Positions 27,201 to 40,748 of a stretch of 64,000 nt of DNA are shown here, piece by piece. Origin of the DNA: Antedon mediterranea (Eukaryota > Animalia > Echinodermata); contig NC_092670.1 of NCBI RefSeq assembly GCF_964355755.1, forward strand, positions 10,402,795 to 10,466,794. Direction: 5' to 3'. The translations under genes and the position numbers were made by a program. Position 1 is the first letter of the stretch, and every line of letters begins with the position of its first letter. The notes below the pieces were generated by a model, which was not told the DNA's origin, ran no database searches, and was given only the letters and a program-made list of their open reading frames with translations.

Positions 27201-30062
27201 TTGTACCCAGCTGCCATCTATTTTGTACCCTGTCACCGTTTTTGTACCCTGCCACTGTTTTTGTACCCTGCTACTGTTTTTGTACCCTGCTACTGTTGTT
27301 GTACCCTGCTACTGTTTTTGTACCCTGCTACTGTTTTTGTACCCAGCTGCCATCGATTTTGTACCCTGCCACCGTTTTTGTACCCTGTCGCTGTTTGTGT
27401 ACCCTGCCACTGTTTTTATACCCTGCCACCGTTTTTGTACCCAGTCAATGTTTTTGTACAAAACAATTTTTTTTTACAAGTGTTGTACCCAGAAACGTTT
27501 TATAACAATTTTATACAATGCAAAATAGAACAAAATACGTGATAATTGCAAATAAATATAATTTCATTTTCAATTTAATTTTATTTCCTCAATATAATAA
27601 CATACATACAGGATAATAAATGCAATGAAGTAATCATGTGGGGAGAGAGTCATAATAAGTCAGTCAGTAAGTTTGACCCACCACGAAATATAACATTAAA
27701 TACGAATACGAAAAAAAAAAAATATATATATACATAAACTAATAATAAATAAAAGAAAACAAAGCTACAATTTATGCATATTCTCTGTTATACTCATTAC
27801 TTACTAAATGTTTACTGTTAACATGATATTGTTCTCATCCTTTAACATTAATATTAATATTTTTGTTCTTTAATGTTTACAAAACTTTTATTTCCAGCAG
27901 ATTATCCTTTTTTTGCACTATAACTTCTTAAATTTTCATTTAACTTTTTTACTTTCTTCTCTTATGTGGATTCATTCCACTTTTTTTTAACTTATTTTCT
28001 TTAAAAAAACTATTTCCATATATCATTTTGTTTATACATACATTATCATTTAACCACATTGATTACATAGTTTCCTCTTTTTATACATAATTATTATCTA
28101 TTACACATTTTCATTAACAAAGCTTATTTTTTCTTACATAGTTGTTTTTTTTCATCTACATGCATATTTATTTCATACAATTATAATACGTTTATGTTTA
28201 CTAAATCCATCCCATGGGTTTGTCCCATTTTATTTTTCTTTGGATTTATCTATGCAAACATATTTTCATTTAAACAATGCATATTCTCTGTTATACTAAT
28301 TACTTACTAACTTTTTACTGTTAACATTATATTTTCCTCATCCTTTAACATTGATTTTTTTGATCTTTAAATGTTTACAAAATTTATTTCCAACAGATTA
28401 TCCTTTTTTGCATCTACAGTATAACCCATCAAAGTTTCATTTAACTTTTTTTTTCTTATGTGGGTTCATTCAATTTTTAATTATTCATGATCTAACGTTA
28501 TTACATAAGAAATTACTTCTGGTGCAGTCCATGGAAAGCATTTCTTCCACCTAATCTTCTCCTCCGATGACAACTTTAAAGGAGTAGGCCTACTCCGTCC
28601 GGTCCGAAACGCCTTGCCATAATCTATTGTTACAGGTATAAATAAATTTTACCATCAATCATGAAGCACGTACCACATTATTACCTGTAAGAGAAAAGAC
28701 AATTGGGAAAATGAGAAAATAATTGTAAAATAATCACTGAATTGTGTATGGTATAATTGAATTTAATGTATGATAATGAAAAATTAGTGGCTTAATTAAA
28801 AAAAATTACGCATAGGCCTATAACAGATTCTTATTATTGATATCATTATGGACATAATCCTGAGTTGTGGAAATTAGGATATTTTATACGAATATATATT
28901 AGGCCTACTGATATACTGTAAATAAGACCTCTTTAGTCCTACTTCACACGTTTACGTAGATCTATCTGATAAGAATTTGTTAATTATTTTATTTTTATCG
29001 GCACGTTGATTTCTACCTACCATGCAAACGCATGCAGCAAGTCAGATTTTCCTCCACAATGAATCTTCCGAGAAAGATCTTTTATTTATTTTCGATGCGC
29101 TTCCATTCAATTTTAAAATCGCTTTGATGCCTGCCGCCTCAATCCATCAAGAGGAATGGCGGGGGATATTTGAACTCCGTGGTATATCTGGCTTAGGCCT
29201 AACCCTTTTGCGATTAATTCTTTCTAATAGTTCTGTTGTAGGCTACATTTTCTTCCACGGGCTCGTCGTTTATATTATCAAGTAGACGGTCATTGATGAC
29301 CGAGTCTACGCATTTATCTCGTATAAAATCGCGTAGAGTTATCAAATTTAAATTGTGTTTATTTGTATCAATTATGTATGTTTGTTGCTGCTGTACATTG
29401 TCTACAAGATGTCCACCTAACCAGCCAACAACAGGGGAATAAAACATGAAACACTAATATGCTTTCGTGATACATTTATAGCACTGTTCGGAAGTACTCA
29501 TGATTGACTATCAATCCATTTTGTTCCCAAAAATGTGAAAGATATATACTTTCCCATTAAATTTAATAAATTGAATATCACACGGCCATCCCAATTCCCT
29601 AACAAAACTATTGTTCATGTTTAAAAGTATTTATTTAATGTGTCTGTAGTTCTAGTTAAATTGCTTTGCATAAAGCAGCATTGAGAAATATTTAGATTAT
29701 TATTATAAACAACCACTAAAGTATTTATTCCTGTACAAGGTCAGAAATCAAATTTCCCACAAACTATTTTATAAAATCAGTGACCTATCTAATAGTAAAT
29801 TGATTGGTTAATACCCAGTCAGTGAGGACCTGATTGACAAGCAGTGCCTGTTTGCTATTGGTCATTGGTAAGAGGAAGTTGAAAATGGACAGCAAGTTAT
29901 TCTTAACACTTGCAGTCTTAAATAAACACACTGGCATTTTTATTACACCACAGAGTATTATTCCTGTCAACTTATACCACAATTGACATGTTGAGGGGAT
30001 AGGTCATCCACTGATTCAGTGGATGCCAAGCGTAACGCTAAAGTAGCCTGGTCCGTGTAATG
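24241..30062. mobile_element. 5.8-kb TIR-bounded element of unassigned superfamily carrying a minisatellite
   Basis: CATTACGCGGACCAGGCTACGTTAGCGTTACG (24241-24272) vs reverse complement of 30031-30062 CATTACACGGACCAGGCTACTTTAGCGTTACG, 30/32 identical. No convincing TSD. Confidence 0.6.
25030..27460. repeat. 19-bp minisatellite (consensus TTTTTGTACCCTGCCACCG) with a 482-bp higher-order duplication, interrupted at about 26590-26765
   Basis: Direct reading. The unique spacer CCCAGACACTTTGTATACAACAC occurs at about 25458 and 25940. The stop-poor repeat explains the many overlapping ORFs. Confidence 0.95.
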
Positions 30063-31488
30063 TCTTCCCCGTCAAAGTAATTTCCGGGTTTAAGATAAGT
30101 TCACCTTACAACAACCTGGTTTCAAATATTTTCTCTCTTTTAAACACAAGGGAGCAGTTAAAATAATAGATTTGACCCTAAAGGTGACTGGAAACAGGCA
30201 CTTTCCATCAATCAATACAGTGTCCCTTTGGAAGACGAAAAAAAAATCAGATAGTAGGAGAGCAGCTTAAGTTGGCCATTAGTCATAGCCATTTCAGTTT
30301 TTTGTTTATTTTAAAACATACCACGCGTGTGTGAAGGTACAGTAGTTAAATTATACTGCAAATTAATAAAGATCAAATTAAATATACTTCATAAAGAATC
30401 AGAATATATTGTGGGGAATAGTATTATAAAATTACACAGGGAGATTTTGATGATAAGACATTTTCGAGTGAAATCCCGATAGCTGAGTTTTATTGAGGAA
30501 GCTTGCAGGAATAACTGTAGGCTATCTTCCTGTGTCCCGTTAGGACCGAGATGTCTGCCCATGTTGCAAGCCGTAATGTCTTCTTTCTTGGGCCCACTCT
30601 GTTACGGCAGTTTCAAAAGATGATTAAATTAAATAATGTATTAATAATTATTAGGATGGTATTCATTTGAATAAACGCCTCTCCAATAAAACATCACTTT
30701 GAATAATAACCCCCCCCCCCCACATTTGTTATTCTTTTTTACCACTTTTCATATCTACTGTATTAGAGGATTTCATTTGATTATAAATGTTACCATATTA
30801 TTAAAACTAAAAAATTTAACATATATCCCTCGAATAAGCACCTCCCTCAAATGACCTCCGCCTCCCCAAAGGGCCCTACCAAACAATAAAAACTATACTT
30901 TAAAATGTTATTAATCATCTAAAACATTGTGAAACAAAGTAGTTTAGTTTTACGAATGTCAAGCATTTTCAATAATGGTAACCGACAGAAAACGTATAAG
31001 GAGAACATTATCATTCCGAGAACCATCGTCTACACTTCCTAGTGTACAGAATGACATTCAGAAAGACCATCACACTGTGATTGTGTTTTGACAAATTGTA
31101 ATCAAGAAATAAAATGGAAATCCAGAACAAGGGATTTTCGTGGATTGTGGGTCGATGATTAGTCCATCATAATTTTGTGTTTTATTTTGGGTTTCTCATA
31201 ATTTTAAGCCAAATCATAATTTTGCCTAGTATGTATTGCCATAGTATTTATCTCCATTTTCATACACAAATTACATGGCAGCACTGAAATAAGTAATTAA
31301 ATATTCCAATATTGAATTACCTTCACTCTTGGAATCTATTTTATTATATTTTATGGTGATGCTATTATATGACATCAAATGTAAACATTAAAGGAGTATT
31401 GTTCTTTATCGAATTACCTCTTTCAATCTTTATTACATTATATAGTATTATATGGTGACGCTATTAAATAACATGAATTTAAACATAT

Positions 31489-32210
31489 TGTAACGTTTTT
31501 CTTCCGCCTGTCTCTACTGTGTACTACGTACATTTCTCGGGTCCCTTTCTAGCCTGGTAGCAATCTCATTCGTTAGGCCTAGAGCCTGGCTAGCCTAGTT
31601 ATTCATTATAGAATTAAAAGGTGATATACTCGGCTTATTGGAAGGAGTATGCTCCTTCTAATAAACGGACCACCGGAAGAGTCCCACACCCTAGTTTATT
31701 TTATGGACAGATAGGAAGTGTAATCTCGCTTGGCTAGCCTATCAGGTTCCCAGGTTCTCTCATTCCGTCTAGGTCTAACACTCACTAAGTAATTATTGCT
31801 AGATAAATAAGGACTATGTGATTATGACAGGTAGCGTTAGGTTCGACGACAGTGATATTCCGTCGGCTTCACATACAATGTAAATAGATAGATAAATGAG
31901 GAAAGTTAGTAGATTATATTCTCATGAGCCTTTATGACTCTTTTATTTATAAACTTGCCAACTACAGTATTGATTAACAAAGATACAAGAACAACGGGAT
32001 GGATGGTCCAAAGTAAATTTATGTCTCGCTCACTCAAAATCAAAACGAAGAGTGGTAGAGGTTTCTGGATAAGTTGTTTACCACAATTAAGCATGTAGTT
32101 AACTTATATGCAGTAAAATAGCCAATCAGAACTTTTAGTCTTATTTGGCTTGCTACATTATAACAATAGGTAGAAAATAAAGGATTTGGGCTGTACCAAT
32201 TTCCGTTACA
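31489..32210. mobile_element. solo LTR (Gypsy/BEL-type), 722 bp
   Basis: TGTAACG...CGTTACA inverted termini; 4-bp flanks ATAT/TTAT. It interrupts one copy of a local repeat of about 100 bp whose intact twin reads AAACATTAAAGGAGTATTG at about 31383. Confidence 0.75.
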
Positions 32211-32713
32211 TTATAAAGGAGTATTGTCCTATACCGAATTACTCTTACAATCTCTTTTAGAAGACTGTTTATACAATACAGAACAACAGTTATTTAAACA
32301 TCTACGACGATTCTGCAGAACACCAAATATTGTACGTAACTATGACAGAAGTACACTGAATGAAATCACGGCAAAATGTAGCTGGACATCTCTCAAGCAA
32401 CAATATCTAACACTGCTTTCAAGTCAAGAATCATAATGGTGTATCACAATTTTCAAGATGCATAATTGCCGTGAATGGTAAATTATTAACTTATATACTA
32501 CTTTTCAATTGGTATGTACTTTTATTATACTAGCAATTATACCTGTCTCAGTACAATTCCAACTAATTTGATATGTCTCATAACCCGGAGGCCAGTATCT
32601 CCCTGTATTCACCAACCTCCAACCCTTTTCAATCACATCCCTCACTTAGGGTTTAAAAAAAAAAAAATCCTTCCCAGTACAATTTTTAATTTGGGGGAAA
32701 AACAACTTTAGCT

Positions 32714-33752
32714 TCATAATTGACTTCATGGATATATAATTTCTTAACAAAAAGGTTCCAGTATGTTAAACTAAACGGTATTTTATCTGATAAAAGAACT
32801 GTTAGCATTGGCACGCCACAAGGGTCTGTTATCTCCCCAATGTTGTTTTCACTGTTCACCAGCAGTTTCAGAGCCAATTCAAATGAATGTTGTATAGTAA
32901 AATATGCAGATGACACAGTCATCACTGGATACATTACTGGCAATGATGAAACAAGCTATAGACAACTAGGATGTGATTTTTATCACTGGTGCTGCAATAA
33001 CAACCTGAAACTAAACATAAAGAAAACAAAAGAAATGCAAATTGATTTTAGGAAAATTAAAGAACCCTTAGAACCTCTGATTATAAATGAAAATGAGATT
33101 GAAGTAGTAAATGAGTACAAATATCTGGGTTGTATAATTGACAATAAGCTAAATTGGATAAATAATGTAAATAAAGCCACATGCAAAGCCAACCAAAGGA
33201 TGTTTATTTTAAGAAAAATGAAGTACCTACAAATTGACAAAACTATACTTAAATTGTTTTATAACTCTGTAATTCTCAGTGTAATACTTTTTTGTAATGT
33301 TTGTTTTTATGGTAATACAATGCAAAAAGATAAAATTAAACTTAATCGAATAGGAAATAGAGCAATTAGACTAGTAGGAGAGCACTTACCTGATGTTGAA
33401 TCCTTGTATAAAGAAAATGTGTTAAAAAAAGTAAAAAGTATCATTGATGATGAAACACATCCTCTTCACAAACAATTTGCTCTCATGAATTCTGGCATAA
33501 GACTACGTGCACTTAATACCAAAACAAAACGGTTTAGGTGCTCGTTTGTACCTAATGCTATACACTTATATAACTCCAGAGTACAAAGGTAAAATGTAAC
33601 CGATAATTTTTATCTAATTTTAACAATGTTTAGCCTCTTAACTTTTTGTGTGTGTTCTTGTAAATTGTATTTTATATTTTTGTATTTTGCCAGTTTTCAA
33701 ATCACATTTCTGTTTTTTAAATGGACAATAAAGTATATATGACTATGACTAA
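32714..33752 (+). mobile_element. 5'-truncated Rex1/Babar-like LINE; open RT C-terminal ORF at 32720-33592
   Basis: GTPQGSVISP, KYADDT..G.I...DETSYR, YKYLG, HPLHKQF...SGIRLR...KTKRFRCSFVPNAI; 3' end GGACAATAAAGTA followed by (TGACTA)n. Confidence 0.85.
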
Positions 33753-34609
33753 TGAGAGGCCAAGAGGATGATGCACAACTATGATAGGCCTATGGTTTAG
33801 ATACTTTGCAAACTGTGTAAATGAATAGGTGTCGTATTGGCTAATGATTAAAATATCAATACAGCTACATATGATACAGCTGAAATACCTCTGCCCAAGG
33901 CTTCTTTCTCCTCTCCCTATCCCAGCCACAATCAACAAACCCTAACTCCTAGAACAGTTCAATCCCAATCATGTTGTCTTTCATTAGCCCCAAAACGCCA
34001 GTATCTCCGCCCCACTAGGTTTGAGACGTTTCTAGTATCAATTATATTGAGCCATACAGTATATCACTCCCAACCCATAACCCCTCAGTGGCAGTTTTAA
34101 AATATAGTTTAAAACATTTCCAGTAGAGTTTCAGCCATGTTGATAGGCCTACGACCCACCCCAAACTCCCACACCAAACTCCCAACCCCTTTCCCAGAGA
34201 TACTTAAAATTCAATTCAAATTGATAGCCTACTACCCTTAGCCCAAGCAAAAATCCCCACCATTCCTTTTACCGCAACTCCCCCCTCCCCCTTCTGACTT
34301 TGGGAATTTGTTAAATGTAGTTTAAAACCTTCACAGTACAATTGCAGTCATTTTGATACCCATATGTATGGTTACGTGCAGAAACAGAAATTTGTATAAC
34401 GAACAGAAAAACACAAAAAGTGGAAAAAAGGTTGGGAATTTTGACCCATAACTTGTATTCAAGATGGCGGATGATGTTCAAATATAGTCTAGAACCTTTC
34501 CTGTACCATTATGGTCATTTTGATACCCCATATGTGTACAGTAACAAAACAAAGTACAAGCAGATTCATAAGTTAAATTCATACAAAAAGAATTGATCAA
34601 AGTTTTGTT

Positions 34610-35250
34610 TTTTGCTGAAAGTGATTTTTTGACGTTAATAAATTCAAAGTTGAATTTTGTAGTAGTTTATTTGCTCTTTAATGTTTAATACTTTCACTTT
34701 ACCTTGGAAAATACATTAGCATTCATCTTGTGTTTCTTTATGTTACTAATTTCCTTGATCATAACCAATATAATAAGATATATAATATACATTCATTGTA
34801 AGTTTTTATTTAATTTTTAATCATTTCAAAATAAGATTCAATTTAAAAACTTCAGCAAATATCCATTGAAAATACTCCTAAAATTAGATTAAAAATTACC
34901 AATTATTATTAATTAAAATATAGGAAATACTGATTTATGATTAGATATCAATTTGATTTTATTAATTAAAAACAATAATAATAATGTTACTATTGTATTA
35001 GCATAGTTTTAAATAATACAATTAATATCGTTTTTACAGAATGACTTATTATGATTATTTGGTATAATATTTAAAAATGATTAATAATAAAACATTAATT
35101 GTTACTATTATATAATTTAAAATACAAAATGAAAAATTCCGTTTAATAAATTTTAAACAAATCACAGTTGATATGGCAATATATTTGATTAATATGTTAT
35201 AACATTTGAATTATTATAATAAAACAATTATTCAATGATAAAGCAAAATG
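34610..35250. repeat. 3' flank of the FReD paralogue, homologous to 1930-2850 (segmental duplication)
   Basis: Long shared strings with 1930-2850. Confidence 0.8.
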
Positions 35251-35309
35251 ATAATTTAAAAGAAACAAAGAAGAATCTAAATTATTAAATAATTACAGAT
35301 TCTGATTTG

Positions 35310-35704
35310 TTATGGTGGTCTTATAACCATCATCACTGTTGTCTTAAAAGATCAAAATAGTGATCTCAGTTGATGCCATTGTAATGAGCTGTACCTGCTG
35401 TCAGACAAGCCCATTCAGGTATGAATCATGAACATTCTCTTATGGGGCTCTTTTAACCATCATCACTGTTGTCTTAAAAGATCAAAATAGCGATCCCAGT
35501 TGATGCCATTGTAATCAGCTGTACCTGGTGTAAGATAAAGCCCATTCAGGTATGAATCATGAACATTCTCTTATGGGGCTCTTTTAACCACCATCATCAC
35601 TGTTGTCTTAAAAGATCAAAATAGCGATCCCAGTTGATGCCATTGTAATCAGCTGTACCTGGTGTAAGACAAAGCCCATTCAGGTTTGAATCATGAACAT
35701 TCTT
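35310..35704 (-). repeat. three tandem 130-134 bp degenerate copies of the FReD C-terminal coding segment
   Basis: Units start at 35310, 35440 and 35571. The minus-strand translation is HDSNLNGLCLTPGTADYNGINWDRY, then after a frameshift SFKTTVMMV(V)KRAP*. Confidence 0.85.
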
Positions 35705-37987
35705 TTATGACGCTCTTTTAACCATCATCACTGTCTTCTTGAGACTGTGGTACCTACTATGGAAATTCCACCAGCTGGTGCCTGTCAAACCCTCTGTACC
35801 TGGTGTAAGGTAAAGCCCATTCAGGTTTGAATGATGACAACTATTGTACCACCAAGCACCTTTGTTATACTCAGCACAGTTAGAACCGATCCCGCTACCG
35901 CTTCTCTTATCATTGTCTCTATCATACGTTGAAAATTGTTGACCATTGTGGCGTGATGTCAAAGAATCACCTAAACAAACAAAATTTTAAATCATCTTTA
36001 GTTTACTTCATACATCTTTAAATTAAAATTCATTTTTAAATATTTGTTTTTCTTTCTATTACAAATAAAATAAAAGATATTTGATATAAAAGGGAAAATA
36101 AACACAAATTTATAAATAGTATTAATTTTGTTTTTAATCTTTTGTTATTAACTATTCTTATATATCATATATTCTTTATTTTATTTTTGTTTTGTCAGAG
36201 TTATTATACTTTAAAAGCAATGCATTTTAATAATGAAGAAAGCCAAAGTTATATGATACTGTACTAGAGTATATACACACACTATGATTTTCACTCTGGG
36301 TACCCGAGTCTAGGACTTGCTCATTTTCTCCTCCTCCATCTGGACACTATTGAGTAAAAAGTGCGATTTATAAAGTACTACTCCTCCCTTATTCGTTGTA
36401 GTATTGAGCTGGGATTTGGCATGAATATACAAAGCCATAGAGCCGGATTTTGAATATCATTGGCTCCTTGTTTAGGGACCACTGACTATAAATCCTATTG
36501 AATTAGAACAGGTAATGAATGCGTTGAACGTTGCAACATTTAGTAAGGAATTTAATCGTTATTTTTATCCATATGTTTTTTTTAAATAACAAAAAATATA
36601 ATATAATGTACCACACAGTGATATATTTTCGACTAGTTAGCCGTTAATAGTGAGTTTTGACAAAAAGTTTTGCCGCGTTGATTGGTGGGCTAGGCCAGGC
36701 CGAGCTAATCGTAGTCGCTACTTTATTGTTGATTTTCTCAAAATGAAGATTTCCTAAGCTATAAATAGTGACTCGTATGTTTTCATTAATGTGTTAGTTT
36801 TTTTTTAACTATTTATACAAATTTATATATTATTTTTATCAATTATTGCAATAGTATTATTGATTTCTTTTTATGAATAAATATACATGAAGTGATTTAA
36901 TAAACCAATTTTAATAAACAACGCCTCATTTTAAAGCTTATTAAACATAGTTTATAAATATATAAACATCTTAAAATTTGTTTACACTACGCCGATTTTG
37001 TGATGCCATGCTTCAATTCTGTAGTTACTGGTAGTAATTATATTTTGTTCACTCTACGAACCTGTTTGTGCAATTATTTAGAATGCTTGTTTGGATATTA
37101 ATCATACATATACTGTTGCAGCACTGACTGCCTCATAAATGCCTACTACATTAAAATAAACTAAAATCAGTAAATGTAGTAACTGCAGTAAATGCAGTTT
37201 AATAATGTTAACATGATCTATTGATAGGATAAGTTGTTGTACTGCGAGTGCATTTGCACATTTAAATATAGTTAGATTCGTTTCAGGCCTGTAAGAAGGA
37301 ATTGCGAAGTGGGAGGGCCATACAAAAAATGTACTTCATAGACAGTTTACAGAGTACTTTGCATTCAAGGTGATCACCTTTGGGCTTTACATTATATTTG
37401 AGACGCGACATCAATTGATAATCAAAAAGTATCGAATGATTATTATTTGTTGTTTAAACTTTTAAATGTTGTGGTCTAATTATGACATAACTAGTGAAAT
37501 TATGGGGCTATTTCACAAAGGCTTAGAATTATTTTTTCATGAGGTTCACGTCAATACCATTATTAGAATTGTTTTGTTCTACTTTTCAGATGTTTAGAAG
37601 CTTTTCTTTTAATGTTTGTCTTATTTCTTTAAGCTAAATTTGATGGAAAGACATCCTCAAATTATGCTAGAACGCTGCTGTGTCTTGTGACTTTAGCCCT
37701 GACTTTAGACCCTGACGCCACCGCTGCTTAGGTACAGTACATGTCTGAAGTTCTTTCCCAGCAGTCAATTTCCTTATCATTTAGCTGTGTTTAATCAGTC
37801 ATAATTCTAACATTATTTTTATTATCCTTTAAATGTGATAAATGCAAATGAAACCCTATATGTGTCCATAGATTATTTTCACTGCAAAGTACTAAGTGTG
37901 TATAAGGCCTTAAAAAAGGTTAATTCTTTGTATACTTAATGTGTTTTTAAATGTAAATATAGATTGAATATACTAACCTGCAGTTCC
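35705..37987 (-). pseudogene. truncated FReD paralogue: intact last exon 35970-35705 plus only the last 10 nt of the preceding exon (37987-37978)
   Basis: GDSLTSRHNGQQFSTYDRDND...KGAWWYNSCHHSNLNG...VKRAS*; same acceptor tttgtttag|GT. Donor GGAACTGCAG|gttagta and its intron flank match 11120-11277, then homology stops abruptly. No upstream exons were seen in the window. Confidence 0.75.
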
Positions 37988-39329
37988 ATTGGCAGGCTGA
38001 AGGCGCTTGACCTTTGACAAGATCGGCTAAATTGTTAATATATTAACTTTACAATACTTAGTGTTGTGTATTCTGGTACAGCCGCTCCATAATCTGCTTT
38101 TCTTCCTTATATCTATATTTTTAAATTTATACTAACAAATATCTTTTTATTAATATAATAATAATAATAATATATCAAAAATTTATTAAATAATATTTAT
38201 CGCATAATATGCAATCTACGATAATTTAATTAATTGATATAACACATTTATTAAATACATAACATCATTTGAATAAAAAGAACAAATCACATATCTACAC
38301 ATAATCATAACATCGTATACTCTATCTCTAACAATTTATTCAATCTTCTATCGACTAAAGCCAAAGTATAGTCGTTATCTCGGGACCGTTCTATGGCCAC
38401 CACCAGGTAGGCTTACTTCATCAAGGCTTCTATGAATGGATGATGAGTTGGGAGCAGGAACGCTAGTAGACCAAACCCAGTACCGTTTTGATTACGATCA
38501 ATCGGGAAATTACCTCACGATGGTTTTCTACCTCGAGCAGTTATTGGCTATATGGCAGTATTCAAGTAATTAAAGTGTTAAATAGCATTTAATCCAATTT
38601 ACATTTAGGTAAACTTAGGGTTCAAAGTATCATACAATAAGAAGATCATTACGAATGTTACGAGGTATTTTAAAAATTTATATTATATAAAATAAAAAAA
38701 AATTTAATTTCAAATATTATCATTATTATTACTTACTGGTTTTAGTAGAGTTCTTTCAAGTTCTGTCTGAATGTTTGTCTTTTCTTTAATTTAAATGTAC
38801 AATTACTGTATACAATGAAGTATAATGATCTCTATTGTTATTTAGGATCTGGATAAAAATAATTATGTTATTATCTAAGTGCTATTAATTTTATGATGCC
38901 GTTCGATTGTGTTGATTATTATATTACTAAAAATATTACTCTAATTGAGCTCGGGTGAGGTCTCTATTCCTATCATTACATCTGCAGCTTTATCAGTATT
39001 ATGAAAACCATTTTTGCCGGCATCCAGTTCTTTTACTAAATGTAGTACTTGGGCCGGTATTATTTCTTGCTCTCATTAATGCCGGCCCGATTGAAGATTC
39101 AAATAATATGTCGACCCACTCTTGGTGAAGTTGTTCCCAGAAACTCTTTACCTATTACGTAGTCCCTTCTGGAAAATTTGAATGAATGGTGTTTGCTTAT
39201 TTAAAAATGGCAAAAGATATACCAAATCCTTTAAAAATTATAGACAAATTTCCTTCCTCTACTAAATTATGCATTCCCAACTTTATGATTATTTGACAGC
39301 TAAGTTAAATATTCTGAATTAATATCATC

Positions 39330-39810
39330 AATATGATTTGCAAAGGTCACTCAACTGCTCATGCTGTCTTCTTAATAATAATACTTCTATTGAACATAGA
39401 GCAATATTAGCGTGAAAGCTCATCTATATTGGTGTATATATCAAATAATTATTTGATAGAGAAATTTGTTTGATGTAATTAATTTAACCATTCTATTTTA
39501 AATAAGAAAATGCAAAAATTATGTTATTAAAGGCACTCCTTTAAGCATTTGCTTCTTGAGTTAGTTGGATGGCAGAAACAATTTGTCTCTATCCAATCAT
39601 TTAAATCATCGACCGAGGATATCACTTGTGGGTGTCTCCTCCCCCCAATTTTATTTTTACGTTAATGACCTGACTAATGTCAGTGAGAAGTTTAAGTGAT
39701 ACACTTCGCCGACGATACTACTATTTTATTTATCTTCTAATGTTGACATTTTATTTAATACTTTTAATTATGAATTGTCTAAATTTAATGACTGGTTTCT
39801 TTAAATTCTA
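39330..39810 (+). mobile_element. fossil CR1/L2-group LINE RT fragment
   Basis: Frameshifted motifs KGHSTAHA, ITCG, YVNDLTNVSEKF and FADDTTI. Confidence 0.65.
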
Positions 39811-40748
39811 AATTCTTTTAAAGCTCAGGTACAGGCATGAATTTGAAATATAATATCGGGTTAATTGTACATAAATCAAATATTTGTAACAGAAATCTAG
39901 ATGAAAAAAAACAAAGACATGACAATTCGGTGCTTTCTGATTTTGTATTGTGTTTCTTTTCGGTGTAAAATCGTGTTTTTCTTTGCTTATTCAAATTTTG
40001 ATGATTATGCTAATAATACAATTATAGTTTTGCATAATATAAATCTAAAGTATAAACAGCTAATAATTATACTGTATTTATTTTTGCCTTAATTTTTGTT
40101 TTTGCTTTGAAATTAAGTAGAAAATTAAGACAATTTGATGCTTAAGGTATTTTTTTTGTCGATTAAAAATATTATTTGCTAGTTATAATTTTGCTGATTA
40201 TGCTAATTATAATTTTGCTAATTATAATTTTGCTGATTATGCTAATTATAATTGTGCATAATTAAAAATCTAAATAAATAAGAGTGAGTTAATGGTTTTT
40301 ACCAATATCGTTATCTGTGCATATTTTATGTTCGCATGGTAATCGAATTTTGCTTGGAATGAGATATTAAAAATCTACCGGAAGAAAATGTTGTAATTTT
40401 ATGATTTTGAATATAAACAGGTTGTTAAATGTATGTTTTCCATGTGTCTTTATTATGAAATATTACAATATATGTCTGGGCATTTTATATCGAAAAGGCA
40501 TTATTTTCGCGAATGTTAAATGTATGTTTTTCGTAGGTATTTTATATTATAAAATATGATTATTTTCGCGAATGATAAATGTGTTTGTCGCATTAATATT
40601 TTATATTTTAACAAAGGTAATTGTTTTTTGTTTGTTTGTACTTTGTACACTTATTTTATAGTATTACGGTACTGTAATATCTGTTTGTTCCAAATAATAT
40701 TGAATTCCGGCATGATTACATTGGTTGTATATGGTTTACCAATCTACA

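Noticed and set aside
24969-27542. About 20 long overlapping Cys/Pro/Phe- or Lys/Gly-rich ORFs on both strands
   Set aside because: Artefacts of a stop-poor 19-bp minisatellite; all frames give the same permuted peptide.
35310-35704. FReD cassette repeats as a DGR template/variable repeat pair with the nearby RT at 32720
   Set aside because: The RT is an ordinary truncated Rex1-type LINE, and the differences include indels and are not evidently adenine-restricted.
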